DNA of 64,000 bases, taken from contig JBNRSN020000003.1 in assembly GCA_051313645.2 (NCBI GenBank), positions 557,752,001 to 557,816,000 of the forward strand, written 5' to 3'. Source of the stretch: Centroscyllium fabricii (lineage: Eukaryota). Positions 13,001-24,522 of this stretch are shown here, one piece after another. The notes under the pieces are model-generated. The model saw only the letters and a program-made list of their open reading frames with translations. It was not told the DNA's origin and made no database searches. The first letter of the stretch is position 1. Each line of letters starts with the position of its first letter. The position numbers were made by a program, and so were the translations under genes.

Positions 13001-14213
13001 GCAGCAGCTAATCTCCCCGGCCTCCACTTGGCCAATATCGCGCACGGCCCCGCTGCCACCGTCGTCTGCTGCGACGTATCCTTGCCGCAACCCAGGCCAG
13101 TCGTACCCCACGCTTGGAGGCGACGCATATTTAGGACCCTCCATGACCTGTCCCACCCCGGCGCCCGCGCGTCCATCAAATTAATCTCGGCCCGATTCGT
13201 ATGGCGCGGCCTGCGCAAGGACGTCCGCGCCTGGGCCAGCTCCTGCATAGCCTGCCAGCGCTCCAAAGTGCATAAGCACATCAGGGCACCGCTGGAAACT
13301 TTTAAAGTGCCGGCCAGACGCTTTGACCACGTCCATATCGATCTCGTCGGGCCACTACCGCCATCCCGAGGCCACACGCACCTAATGACTATGGTCGACC
13401 GCAACACTCGCTGGCCAGAAGCAGTCCCCCTCACTGCCACCGGCACCACGGACTTGGCCAGGGCGTTCATCGCCACCTGGGTCGCCCGCTTCGGCGTGCC
13501 CACAGACATCACCTCCGACAGAGGACCCCAGTTTACGTCAGCATTATGGGCGGCCATCGCCCGCGACCTCGGGGTGACACTACATCGAACCACCGCATAC
13601 CACCCACAGGCGAACGGGCTATGCGAACGGTTCCACCGCTTGATGAAGGCATCACTACGAGCCACACTAAAGGACGCATCGTGGACCGACCGCCTTCCAT
13701 GGGTTCTCCTCGGGCTGCGCTCGGCAGTCAAGGAAGACCTAAACGCCTCGGCAGCAGAGCTCGTCTACGGCCAAACTTTAACGGTGCCGGGCGAGTTCCT
13801 GGCTGAGCCCAACGCTCCCTGGTCAGCCGACCAGTATTTAAAAGACTTCGCCAACCCGGCACGAGCTTTCCAGCCACTACCAGTGGCCCGGCACGGAGAG
13901 CCGGCAGCTCGGGTGCCGGACGACATTAAAAAAGCTAAATTTGTGTTCGTCCGGCGCGACGGACACCGATCTCCACTACAGCCACCGTACGATGGCCCCT
14001 ACAGAGTGCTTCGGGCGGGAGCTAAAACTTTTGAATTACAAATGGGCAACAGGACTGACACTGTGACAATAGACCGGCTCAAGCCGGCACACGTTATAGC
14101 GGGTGAGACTACGGTCCCCGCACAACCACCACAACGCGGTCGCCCTCCCACAACAAAACCCGCCCACACTCCACCGCAGAACCAGGAGCAACAGACAACA
14201 CGGTCCGGCCGCA
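10085..14213 (+). mobile_element. Gypsy LTR retrotransposon, CsRn1/Kabuki-like, 3' end deleted
   Basis: 5' LTR TGTGG...CTACA (10085-10329); PBS TGGTGACCCCG (tRNA-Trp type); Gag CHCC knuckle CYYH-x9-C-x3-C; PR-RT-RNH-IN order; no 3' LTR. Confidence 0.9.
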
Positions 14214-14575
14214 CTGAAGCTCAATGTAAACTCCAGGAACAACACCTCATCTTTCGATTAGGCATTTTACAGCCTTCTGGACTCAACATAGAGTTCAACA
14301 ATTTTCAGATCATAACCTCGGCCCCTATCATATATATTTATTTTTTTCCCACTTTTTCTCTTCTCTCCCACGTGGCAGCTGTCTTTCATTCTGCCAGCAC
14401 CATTTACACTTCATCTCCAGCCATCCTTTGTTTCTTAACTTGTCCCATCACCATCTCCTTTTACCTTGAATATCTCTTAATGTCTCTTAACCTTTCCTGC
14501 CTTCTATCCTATCACAGGCCTGCCCGTTTGTTCTTTCATCCACTCCCCCCTTTCCCAGCTCCCACACTTGCTTAA
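10421..14575 (+). pseudogene. Single-frame gag-pol with one in-frame TGA (10751-10753); C-terminus runs into Penelope sequence
   Basis: ORFs 10421-10753 and 10784-14575 share a frame; protease LCDTGA, RT LRMPFGL..YSDD, RNase H TDAS, integrase HHCC/DDE and a GPY motif. Confidence 0.88.
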
Positions 14576-14602
14576 AAATCTGTTCCATTTCCTGCGTTTT
14601 TC

Positions 14603-14641
14603 CAGTTCTGACGAAAGGTCATTGACCTGAAATGTTAACTG
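14603..14641 (+). ncRNA. Minimal type I hammerhead ribozyme motif in the Penelope pLTR
   Basis: CAGTT-CTGACGA-A-AGGTCA-T-TGACCT-GAAA-TGTT-AACTG: core boxes, stem II and stem I are present; GAAAC is mutated to GAAAT. Confidence 0.65.
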
Positions 14642-16189
14642 TTTCTCTCTTCACAGACGCTGCCTGACCTGCTGAGTTTCTTCAGCATTTTCTGTTTTTA
14701 TTTCAGATTTCCAACATCTGCAGTATTTTCTTTTTGTAAGAAAAAAGGTCAATTTTCAAGTACCACCAGTGGTTCGGCAACTCCTCTCACATATATGGAA
14801 ATTATAAGTAACACAAATACCTTAAACTTTATTTTAAATCACTGCAATAATATTTATACCAAAATGAAGTTGCCCCGAGAAATAGTTTTCCTGGAGATAG
14901 TGTCATAATTGAGAATAAAAGACAAAACAAGTTTCAGTGAAGTCACTGCAGCCAAGCAGTTTAGTTCCCTTCATACACACATTAAAAATGTTAAAGCCAT
15001 GTTCACTTTTACCATTATAAATGCCTACATCCACATTTATGCTGGAAACTGTCTGTGTAAATTTACAATGCTGTAATGACATGCTCCCCCCAGTGGAGGG
15101 GGAGGGGGCAACCCCAGCGCCACTAACAGGAGGGTGTTCGAACAGCAAGGTAAGTTTGCACAGACAGTTTCCATTATAATTGTGGACACGGGAATTTATA
15201 ATAGAAATACAAAATGTATGACTGAAAAATAGGAACTAAATTATATCTACGCACACTGGTATAATTATCCATTCTCTAATCTCTATTCTCTAATCTCCCT
15301 TTACCTGAAGACTACGATTTATCTGAGCTCCCCATATGCAATGTAACAGGAAATGAAATAGCTTAGAATAAAATTTTATATCCAATTTGCAGCATTTCAA
15401 TTACTTACCTCGCACTTGCATCATCAGATTTTATGATGAGCAGCCAGGAAATGCAATCTGTTTCCCTTCACAGCACCAAGTGTAACTCACTTGTGACTTT
15501 ATCACTTGTAAGTTATGAAGTGTTATGGAACAGAAATCATATCCCAGGGCTCCATCATATATCTTCTATAACACAAGGAGTCATTTTTGGCAATCAATAA
15601 ACCAGTGAGTAGTTGGTTTCTCTGGTTTATGCAGGGTAAATGAGAAGTCTCCCGTCTGTGGCAAGTCACAGTGCTCCTTACCAACACCCACATCTCGCTC
15701 CACTGCAATACATAGTTTTGTAAACTTCAATTCCAAAACAAAAACTTGCTGCAGTTACTTTTGTTCAATTTTCATTTACTAAAGTAAAACTTTAAAATCC
15801 TGCTACTCAGCAACAGGAAGGATTATTATTTACACAATTTATACAGATGTTTGGTTTAACACTACACCCGATTAGGAATGCATTTTAAAAAACTAACATG
15901 TGCCTGCTTGCAAGAGATCCTGAACGGTTGTTGGTGCTTCTATAAATACCACATCCATTATTAATTGTCAGTTCTTTTCAAGGAACTGAACCCAAGATAG
16001 CAGTTAGAATAAAAACAGCAGAATTAAAATGAACTCCTGAAAAGCAGGATGACAGGTCCATCTATAACAGTGCCAGAGAAGCTTTGGCGGATTGGACTGA
16101 ATTTTATTGCTTTCCCGTCTAAGTTAGGTCTTCAATTTGCATTATTAAAGTAAAATCCTAAATTACTGGGACCCAATATTGATTTTTTT

Positions 16190-16803
16190 TCTTTATTCAT
16201 TCTTGGGGTGTGGGCGTTGCTGGCAAGGCCGGCATTTATTGTCCATCCCTAATTGCCCTCAAGAAGGTGGTGAGCTGCCTTCTTGAACCGCTGCAGTCCG
16301 TGTGGTGAAGGTGCTCCCATAGTGCTGTGAGGGAGGGAGTTCCAGGATTTTGACCCAGTGACGATGAAGGATCGGCCGATATATTTCCAAGTCAGGACGG
16401 TGTGTGACTTGGAGGGGAACTTGGAGGTGATGGTGTTCCTAGGCGCCTGCTGCCCATGTTCTTCCAGGTGGTAGAGGTCGCGGGTTTGTGATGTGCTGCC
16501 AAAGAAGCCTTGGCAAGCTGCTGCAGTGCATCTTGAAGACGGTACACACTGCAGCCGTGGTGCGCCGGTGGTGCAGGAAGTGAATGTTTAAGGTGGTGGA
16601 TGGGGTGCCAATCAAGTGGGCTGCTTTGTCCTCAATGGTGTCGAGTTTCTTGAGTGTTGTTGGAGCTGCACTCATCCAGGCAAGTGGAGAGTATTCCATC
16701 ACACTCCTGACTTATGCCTTGTAGATGGTGGAAAGGGGAGTCAGGAGGTGAAACACTCGCCGCAGAATATCTAGCCTCTGACCTGCTCGTGTAGCCACAG
16801 TAT
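16190..16803 (-). mobile_element. Non-LTR retrotransposon 3' fragment (clade not resolved)
   Basis: MEYSPLAWMSAAPTTLKKLDTI translation; the same family recurs at 33490-34680. Confidence 0.7.
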
Positions 16804-16988
16804 TAAAGCTGAACATAACTACCCACGATTTCCAAACCACAAATAGTTAATCAGATCCAGAGTACAGTACAAAAACACTAGCAGATGATGCAATTCACAC
16901 TTCTTCCAGAGGGACAGAGCCAATGATTAGCGGATGCAGTAATCTTTGTTATGACCCTTAATACAGGAAGGGAATAACAGAATGCAAT

Positions 16989-17711
16989 GGCCCAGAAATT
17001 CAGGTTGGAGGCTTCCCGCGGGTGTAAGCCGTTGAGCTGTGGGCCCGCGTGGAATTCCGTTCCTATGCCTCCTCCAACTGCCGGCGTGCTGTGCTTGCGT
17101 GTCCCAGCGGCGCAATTAGTGTGATATGTCCTCTGGGATCATGTGGGCCATGGAGAGCCAATCGGAGCAGAGAATGCTCCATTCATAAGTTTGACAGGAA
17201 ATGCTGTCAAAACTATGAAACCTACAAGCCCCAAAACATCACTAAAACTTCAAATACATTTTTTTAAAACATCACATTTTAAAAATAACTATAAATTACA
17301 TGAAATAACTATTTTAAACAATAATTTAAATTTTTGAAAAAATTAATTATTTTTTCGAACAGGGCTGAAAATAAACTTACCTTTCTTTAAAGTATTTAAA
17401 AATAATAAACCTGTGGAAAAAATGTTTTAATTTGAATTAATTCAGCACTTACCTTGTTAAAAGCAGGCCTTACGCCTGCTTTTTACATGTTTAAGTTTAT
17501 CACACTTACCCAGACAGAAAAACCTGTAAAAAAAAACGTAAGTGCACTGCGCACGCGCTGCCGCGCTTCACCTCTTAACCCTTTAGTTCGGGGGAACGGA
17601 AGTGCCGGTTTCCCGCGCATGCGCAGTGCATGCATGAAACCGACACTTTTGTGGGGCCTACGGGTGAGTACCCCGTGCGTACTCACCCGTGGAGAGCCCA
17701 ATTTCCAGACC
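16989..17711. mobile_element. MITE with GGCCCAGAAATT TIR (Harbinger-like)
   Basis: TIR at both ends; paralogous to 35209-35954. Confidence 0.75.
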
Positions 17712-17865
17712 ATTATAATTGGTACAGAACAATCTATTTCACTTTCACTCTAAAGTTGTAAAGTATACACAGAAGGGGTACGATAGCATAGCGGTTATGT
17801 TACTGCACTAATGACCCAAAAACACGAGTTCAAATCTCACCTGGGGAATTTAAATTCAGTTAATT

Positions 17866-19182
17866 CAGTGACCAGCGGGGTACCGCAAGGTTCGGTGCTG
17901 GGGCCCCATTGTTTACATTATATATTAATGATTTGGACGAAGGGATTAAATGTTGTATCTCCAAATTTGCAGATGACACTAAATTGGGAGGCAGTATGAG
18001 CTGCGAGGAGGATGCTAAGAGGCTACAGAGTGACTTGGACAGGTTAGGTGAATGGGCAAATATATGGCAGATGAAGTACAATGTGGATAAATGTGAGGTT
18101 ATCCACTTTGGTGGTAAAAATAGAAAGACAGACTATTATCTGAATGGTGACGGATTAGGGAAAGGGGAGTTGCAACGAGACCTGGGCGTCATGGTACATC
18201 AGTCACTGAAGGTGGAAATGCAGGTACAGCAGGCAGTTAAGAAAGCAAATGGCATGTTGGCCTTCATAGCGAGGGGATTTGAGTACAGGAGTAGGCAGGT
18301 GTTCCTGGGACTAGGGACAGGGTCACTGGCAAGGCTTGGAAGCTAAGCAGGGCCAGGCCTGGTTAGTACTTGGATGGGTGACCACCAGGGAATACCAGGT
18401 GTAGAAGGTCACGAAAGGAGCCCCGGGGAGGGGCGGTTGGCTGAAGATTGTCGGAATGATGGAAAGATGGAATGGCGGCGCGCACAGACGCAGCGGCTTT
18501 GCTGGACTCTTGGGAGCTTGCAAGACCACATTTCGTTGTTCATGTACATTGTATAATGACAATAAAGTTGAATTATTATTATTATTGTGTTGCTACAGTT
18601 GTACAGAGCCTTGGTGAGACCACACTTGGAGTATTGTGTGCAGTTTTGGTCTCCTAAGTTGAGGAAGGACATTCTTGCTATTGAGGGAGTGCAGCGAAGG
18701 TTTACTAGATTGATTCCCGGGATGGCCGGACTGACATATCAAGAAAGACTGGATCAACTGAACATGTACTCTCTGGAGTTCAGAAGAATGAGGGGGGATC
18801 TCATAGAAACGTTTAAAATACTGACGGGTTTAGACAGGTTAGATGCGGACAGAATGTTCCCAATGTTGGGGAAGTCCAGAACCAGGGGGCACAGATTAAG
18901 GATAAGGGGTAAGCCATTTAGGACCGAAATGAGGAGAAACTTCTTCACCCAGAGAGTGGTGAACCTGTGGAATTCTCTACCATAGAAAGTTGTTGAGGCC
19001 AGTTCACTAAATATATTCAAAAGGGAGTTAGATGTAATACTTACAACTAGGGTGATCAAGGGGTATGGCGAGAAAGCAGGAATGGGGTACTGATGTAGCA
19101 TGTTTAGCCATGAACGTGTTGAATGGCGGTGCAGGCTCGAAGGGCCGAATGGTCTACTCCTGCACCTATTTTCTATGTTTCT
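17866..19182 (+). mobile_element. CR1 LINE, 5'-truncated, interrupted by a 5S-derived SINE
   Basis: ORFs 17909-18303 and 18587-18985 (SGVPQGSVLGP, KFADDTK, RPHLEYCVQFW); TTTCTATG tail. Confidence 0.92.
18304..18586 (+). mobile_element. 5S rRNA-derived SINE (SINE3-like) with (ATT)n tail
   Basis: GAAGCTAAGCAGGGCCAGGCCTGGTTAGTACTTGGATGGG...GGGAATACCAGGTG matches the 5S internal control region; TSD GTGTT (18299-18303 and 18587-18591). Confidence 0.85.
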
Positions 19183-21127
19183 AATTAAATAAATCTGGAG
19201 TAAAAAGCTAGTATCATAATGGTGACCATGAAACTACCGGATTATTGTAAAAACCCATCTGGTTCACTAATAACGAAGGAAATAAATACTTAGTGAAGGA
19301 AATCTGACGTCCTTACCTCGTCTGGCCCATATATGACTCCAGACCCAGTGTAGAGGACTCTTAACTGCGCTCTGAAATGGCCTACCAAACCACTCAGTTG
19401 TACCAAACCGCTACAAAGAAGCATCATGGACTGCAGCGGATCAAGACGATGGTTCACCACTACCCTCTCAAGGGCACTATTGGGATGGTAAGTATAGATG
19501 AAAGAAGTGTGAATTGGCATCATCTGCAAATGCTGGCCTTGCCAGCGATGCCCACATCCCATGAACGAATAAATAAAACCGGAGGTTTGGGAAAAAAAGA
19601 AAAAACTTCCATTTCTGCAGCGTCTTTCACAACGTCAGGACGCCTCAAAATGCTTTACAGCTAATGAAGTACTTTTGAAGTGAAGTCGCTGTTGTAATGT
19701 AGGAAACGCGACAAGATTGAAAGGCTACCTGCAACTCTAGTACATAAGATGCAGAAGTGGACAATTTTTTAAGAAGTTCTGCAAAACAAGCTTTTAAATA
19801 CCATAAATGTCCAAAGAAAATAAAGTGCACTGCAGTTCTGCAAGTTACTATAAAAAGGTGTCAATTAAATATAGTCCTTGTGACTAAAAAGTGGCCACTG
19901 CACTGGAGTATTCGTCTCTCCGAGGGCTACTATACTTAGGTTGCACTGTGCTGCAGGCGGTTATTAGAACTGTAAACTATAATTATTTCATATTCACTCA
20001 AGGTCGGTATTTATTTCCCATCCCCAATTGCCCTGAGAAGGTGGTGGTGGGCCTTTTTCTTGGACCACTGCAGTCAGTGTGGTGAAGGTACTCCCACAGT
20101 GCTGTGAGGTCATACAGTCAGAGTCATAATGGCACAGGAGGCCGCCATTCGGCCCATCGAGTCCGTGCCGTTCTCTGTAGAGCAATCCAATCAGTCCCAT
20201 TCCCCTGCTCTATCCCCGTAGCCCTGCAAGTTTATTTCCCTCAAGTGCCTATCCAGTCTCCCCTTGAAAACATTGAGTGTCTCCGCTTCCACCAGTACCG
20301 CCGGCAGCGAATTCCAAGTCCTTACCACTCACTGCGTAAAAACGTTTTTCCTCACATCCCTCCTATATCTCTTGCCCAAAACCTTAAATCTGTGTCCCCT
20401 AGTCCTTGTACCATCAACTAGTGGGAACAGCCTTTCCCCGTCGAGCCTATTCAAACCCGTCATAATCTTGTACACCTCTATCAAATCACCCCTCAACCTC
20501 CTTTGCTCTAATGAAAATAATTCCACCTTCTCTAACCTGTCCTTGTAGAGAAGATACCCCATCCCCGGAACCATTCTGGTAAATCTCCTCTGCACCCTCT
20601 CAAGGGCCTTCACATCCTTCCTAAAGTGTGGTGACCAGAACTGGACGCAATACTCTAGTTGCGGCCTAACCAGCGCTTTATAAAGGTTCAGCATAATTTC
20701 TCTACTTTTGTACTCAATACCTCTATTTATGAAGCCCAAGATCCCATATTCTTTGCTAACCACTCTCTCAATATGTCCTGCCACCTTCAGGGACCGATGC
20801 ACATTAACTCCCAGGTCCCTCTGTCCCTGCACACTCTTTAAAACTGTGCCATTAAGTGTATATTGCCTCTCCCTGTTCCTTCTGCCAAAATGCATCATCT
20901 CACACTTGTCTGTATTAAATTCCATCTGCCACTTGTCTGCCCATTCTGCGAGCCTTTCTATGTCCTGATGTAGTCGATTGAGATCAACCTTACTGTTTGC
21001 CACACACCCAAGTTTGGTGCCATCGGCAAATTTAGAAATTCTACTCTGTACTCCAATAAGCATATCATATATATAAAAAGCAGTGACCCCAGCACTGACC
21101 CTTGGGGAACACCACTGTCTACCATCC

Positions 21128-24100
21128 GATAGCAAAATACTGCAGATGCTGGAAATCTGAAATAACAGAAAACGCTGGAGAAACTCAGCAGGCCAGGCAG
21201 CATCGGTGGAGAGAGGAGCAGAGTTGACGTTTCAGGTCGATGACCTTTTTTCAAAACTAGAGAGGCCAGGAGGGGGGTTAGATTTTAAAGCTTGTGGGGG
21301 CTGGGGAAAGGGCGGGGGGGGGGGGGGTGGGCTAGAAGGCGGGGAGATAAGAGATATGCAGAGAAATTGAAGCAACACAGGATGGCTCAGAATAGGTGTG
21401 AACAGCTTTAGCATAGTAAAGAACAAAGCCCAGATGAAAGTGTGGATTGAAAAAAGAGAGAAAATATATATCTGTAAAAAAGTGTAGTGGGGGCCGAGGT
21501 TATAATCTAACATTGTTGAACTCTATTCAATCCACACTTTCGTCTGGGCTTTTTTCTTTACTATGCTAAAGCTGTTCACACCTATTCTGAGCCATCCTGT
21601 GTTTCTTCAATTTCTCAATTCAATTTAATTCAATTCAAGTTTTATTGTCATTGCAGAGTACTAGTGCAATACAACGAGACGAAGACTCGACTCTCCCGAG
21701 AGTAGTGCAAATAAAATAAATAAATTACATGCAGATTGCATACAGTAAAGTACATTATCAGGCGTGCAGGTACCAGAGTTTATTTTTAGAGTTCAGGAGG
21801 CTGACAGCCCTGGGGAAGAAGCTGTTCTGAAATCTAGTCGTGCGGGTGCAAATTGCTCTGTAGCGTCTCCCGGAGGGCAGGGGGGCGAACAGACTGTGGC
21901 TGGGGTGTGTGGGGTCTTTAATAATGTTCATAGACCTCCGTAAGCAGCGTTTGAGGTAGATGCTTTCCATTGACGGTAGCTGTGTACCGGTAATTCGTTG
22001 GGCAGTTTTGACTACCCGCTGCAGGGTTTTCAGGTCCGAGATAGTGCAATTTCCATACCAGATAGTGATGCAGCTTGTCAGTATGCTTTCTATTGTGCAG
22101 CGGTAGAAGTTGGAGAGGATGCCGGATGACAGCCTGGCTTTCTTCAGCTTCCTTAGGAAGTACAGGCGCTGTTGGGCCTTCTTAACCAGAGAGGAGGTGT
22201 TTAGTGACCAGGAGAGATCTTCCGAGATGTGGACCCCGAGGAACTTGAAGCTGGACACCCTTTCCACCTCAGCCCCTTGGATGAAGATGGGGGTGTGTCT
22301 TCTGCTTCCAGTCCTCCGGAAGTCCACTATGATCTCCTTGGTTTTCTTGGTGTTCAGTGCCAGGTTGTTGTCGGCACACCAACCCACAAGGCGCTGGATC
22401 TCATCCCTGTAGGCTGACTCGTCGTTGTTGGTGATCTGGCCAACCACCGTGGTGTCATCCGCGAACTTGATGATCGTGTTGGAGCCATGGACAGCCGCAC
22501 AGTCGTGAGTGAAGAGGGAGTAGAGGAGGGGGCTGAGCACACAACCTTGTGGGGCCCCCGTGTTCAGGGTAAGGGTGGGGGGGGGAGGTGAGGTTGCCTA
22601 ACTTCACAGACTGTGGTCTGTTGGTTAGGAAGTCCAGGGTCCAGTTGCAGAGGGAGGTGTTCAGGCCGAGGGTGAGGAGTTTGGTAGACAATTTGTTGGG
22701 GACGATGGTGTTGAATGCTGAGCTGTAGTCAATAAACAGCATTCTGATATATGTATCTTTGCTATCCAGGTGGTTTAGTGCAGAGTGAAGAGCCGTAGTG
22801 ATAGCATCCTCTGTAGATCTGTTCCCACGGTAGGCGAACTGGTATTGGTCCAGGGCGGCGGGGATGCTGGCTTTGATGTGGGCCAGGACCAGCCGCTCGA
22901 AACACTTCATGATAATGGGTGTAAGTGCAACAGGGCGGTCGTCGTTCAGGCACGTCACAGCCGTTTTCTTGGGCACAGGGATGATGGTGGCAGTTTTGAA
23001 GCAGGTAGGGACAGCTGCCTTCGCCAGTGACAGGTTGAAGATGTCAGTGAAGACTTCAGCCAGTTGGTCGGCACATTCTTTGAGTGCCCGGCCGGGGATG
23101 CCATCAGGACCCGCGGCCTTCCGTGCGTTCACTCTACGTAGAGCACCTCTAACATCGGAACAGGACAGTGTTAATGGCTGGTCTTCCGGGGATTGCAGGA
23201 CTTTGGTGGCTGGCTCCTTGTTGTCCCTGTCGAAGCGAACGTAGAAGTTGTTGAGTTCCTTCGGTAGGGAGGCATCGCCGGTCGGGGGGCTGGTGTTTCT
23301 GCACTTGTAGTCCGTGATGGACTGTATGCCTTGCCACATACGTCGAGGGTCCGAGTTGTTGTGAAAGTGTTCCTCTATCTTCAGTGTCTGGTTTTGTTTG
23401 GCATACCTGATACCCCTCTTTAGGTTGGCCCTGGCTGTGCTGTATGCCGCCACATCCCCAGATTTGAATGCTGTGTCACGCGCCTTCAGCAGCGAGCGGA
23501 CCTCCCCGTTCATCCAGGGTTTCTGGTTGGGGAATGACTTGATGTTTTTTTGGGTAGTGACCACCTCGACACAGCTGTTGATGTAAAAAAGCACTGTGGA
23601 TGCGTATTCCTCGATGTCCGTGTGAGCGAACATGCTCCATTCAGTGCGTTCGAAGCAGTCTTGTAGCTCTGAGACTGCCCCTTCTGGCCATACCCTGACT
23701 GTTTTGGTTGATGCTTTCACCCTTTTGATGAGTGGTTTGTATGCTGGGGCGAGGAACAGTGAAAGGTGGTCGGAATTCCCGAGGTGGGGGCACGGGATGG
23801 CTTTGTAAGCCTCTGTGATGTTGGTGTAGACCTGGTCCAGCGTGTTCTCGCCCCTCGTGGGGCAGGAGACATTCTTGTGAAATTTTGGTAGCACCGATTT
23901 GAGGTTAGCGTGGTTGAAGTCCCCCGCCACGATAAAGGCTCCCTCCGGATGCGCGGTCTGCTGCTCGCTGATGGCCCTGTGGAGATCTTTGAGTGCCAGT
24001 TTGGCATTTGCGTGTGGAGGGATGTAGACCGCAGTGAAGATGACGGCCGTAAATTCCCGAGGCAGGTAGAAGGGTCTGCACTTTACAGTGAGGAATTACA

Positions 24101-24522
24101 GATCGGCGGAGCAGGAACTTTCGATCAGTTCCGCGTTCGTGCCCCAGGCGTTGTTTGTGTAGATGCACAGGCCGCCTCCCTTGCTCTTACCGGAGTCGGC
24201 GGTTCTGTCGGCGCGGAAGACCGTGTGACCCGCCAGCTGGATGGCGGAGTCAGGAATGCTGTCGTTCAGCCAGGTCTCCGTGAAGATCATGGCGCAGCAT
24301 TCCTTGATCCTGGTCTGAGTGGAGAGGCCAAGTCTCTGCATATTTCTTATCTCCCCGCCTTCTAGCCCACCACCCCCGCTTTCCCCAGCCCCCACAAGCT
24401 TTAAAATCTATCGCCCCTCCCGGCCTCTCTAGTTTTGAAAAAAGGTCATCGACCTGAAACGTCAACTCTGCTCCTCTCTCCACTGATGCTGCCTGGCCTG
24501 CTGAGTTTCTCCAGTGTTTTCT
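21128..24522. mobile_element. Palindromic Penelope pLTR-derived non-autonomous element (contains Rex1 copy 1)
   Basis: Left arm (about 21160-21452) is the inverse of 21527-21616 plus 24333-24522; 14-bp TSD ACTGTCTACCATCC (21114-21127 and 24523-24536); degenerate hammerhead motif in both arms. Confidence 0.8.
21617..24332 (-). mobile_element. Rex1/Babar-clade LINE, copy 1 (APE-RT, 5'-truncated)
   Basis: CRPFYLPREF, AGDFNHANL, RPVALTPIIMKCFE, DYSSAFNTI, KFADDTTVVG, KKAQQRLYFLR; 3' (TTGAA)n tail. Confidence 0.92.

Larger units (their letters stand above)
9612..14738. mobile_element. Penelope-like element with 5' inversion, interrupted by a Gypsy element
   Basis: Minus-strand PLE ORF piece 9623-9960 (RVPLVLTFHP...KHIFPSPP); plus-strand continuation 9970-10084 and 14213-14738 ([15 protein letters not shown]); TSD AGAAAAAAGG at 9602-9611 and 14739-14748. 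Confidence 0.8.
17775..19575 (+). mobile_element. tRNA-derived SINE split by a CR1 insertion (head 17775-17865, body 19183-19575)
   Basis: A/B-box head (TAGCATAGCGG...GAGTTCAAATCTC); body resumes after the CR1 tail and ends in the tail of the 16190-type LINE. Confidence 0.6.

Noticed and set aside
11089-14245. Multiple antisense and alternate-frame ORFs over the Gypsy pol
   Set aside because: Shadow ORFs expected in GC-rich coding DNA; no recognisable motifs
18337-18410. Functional 5S rRNA gene
   Set aside because: The 5' third of 5S is missing, the rest is diverged, there is no T-run terminator, and it sits in a TSD-flanked retroposon
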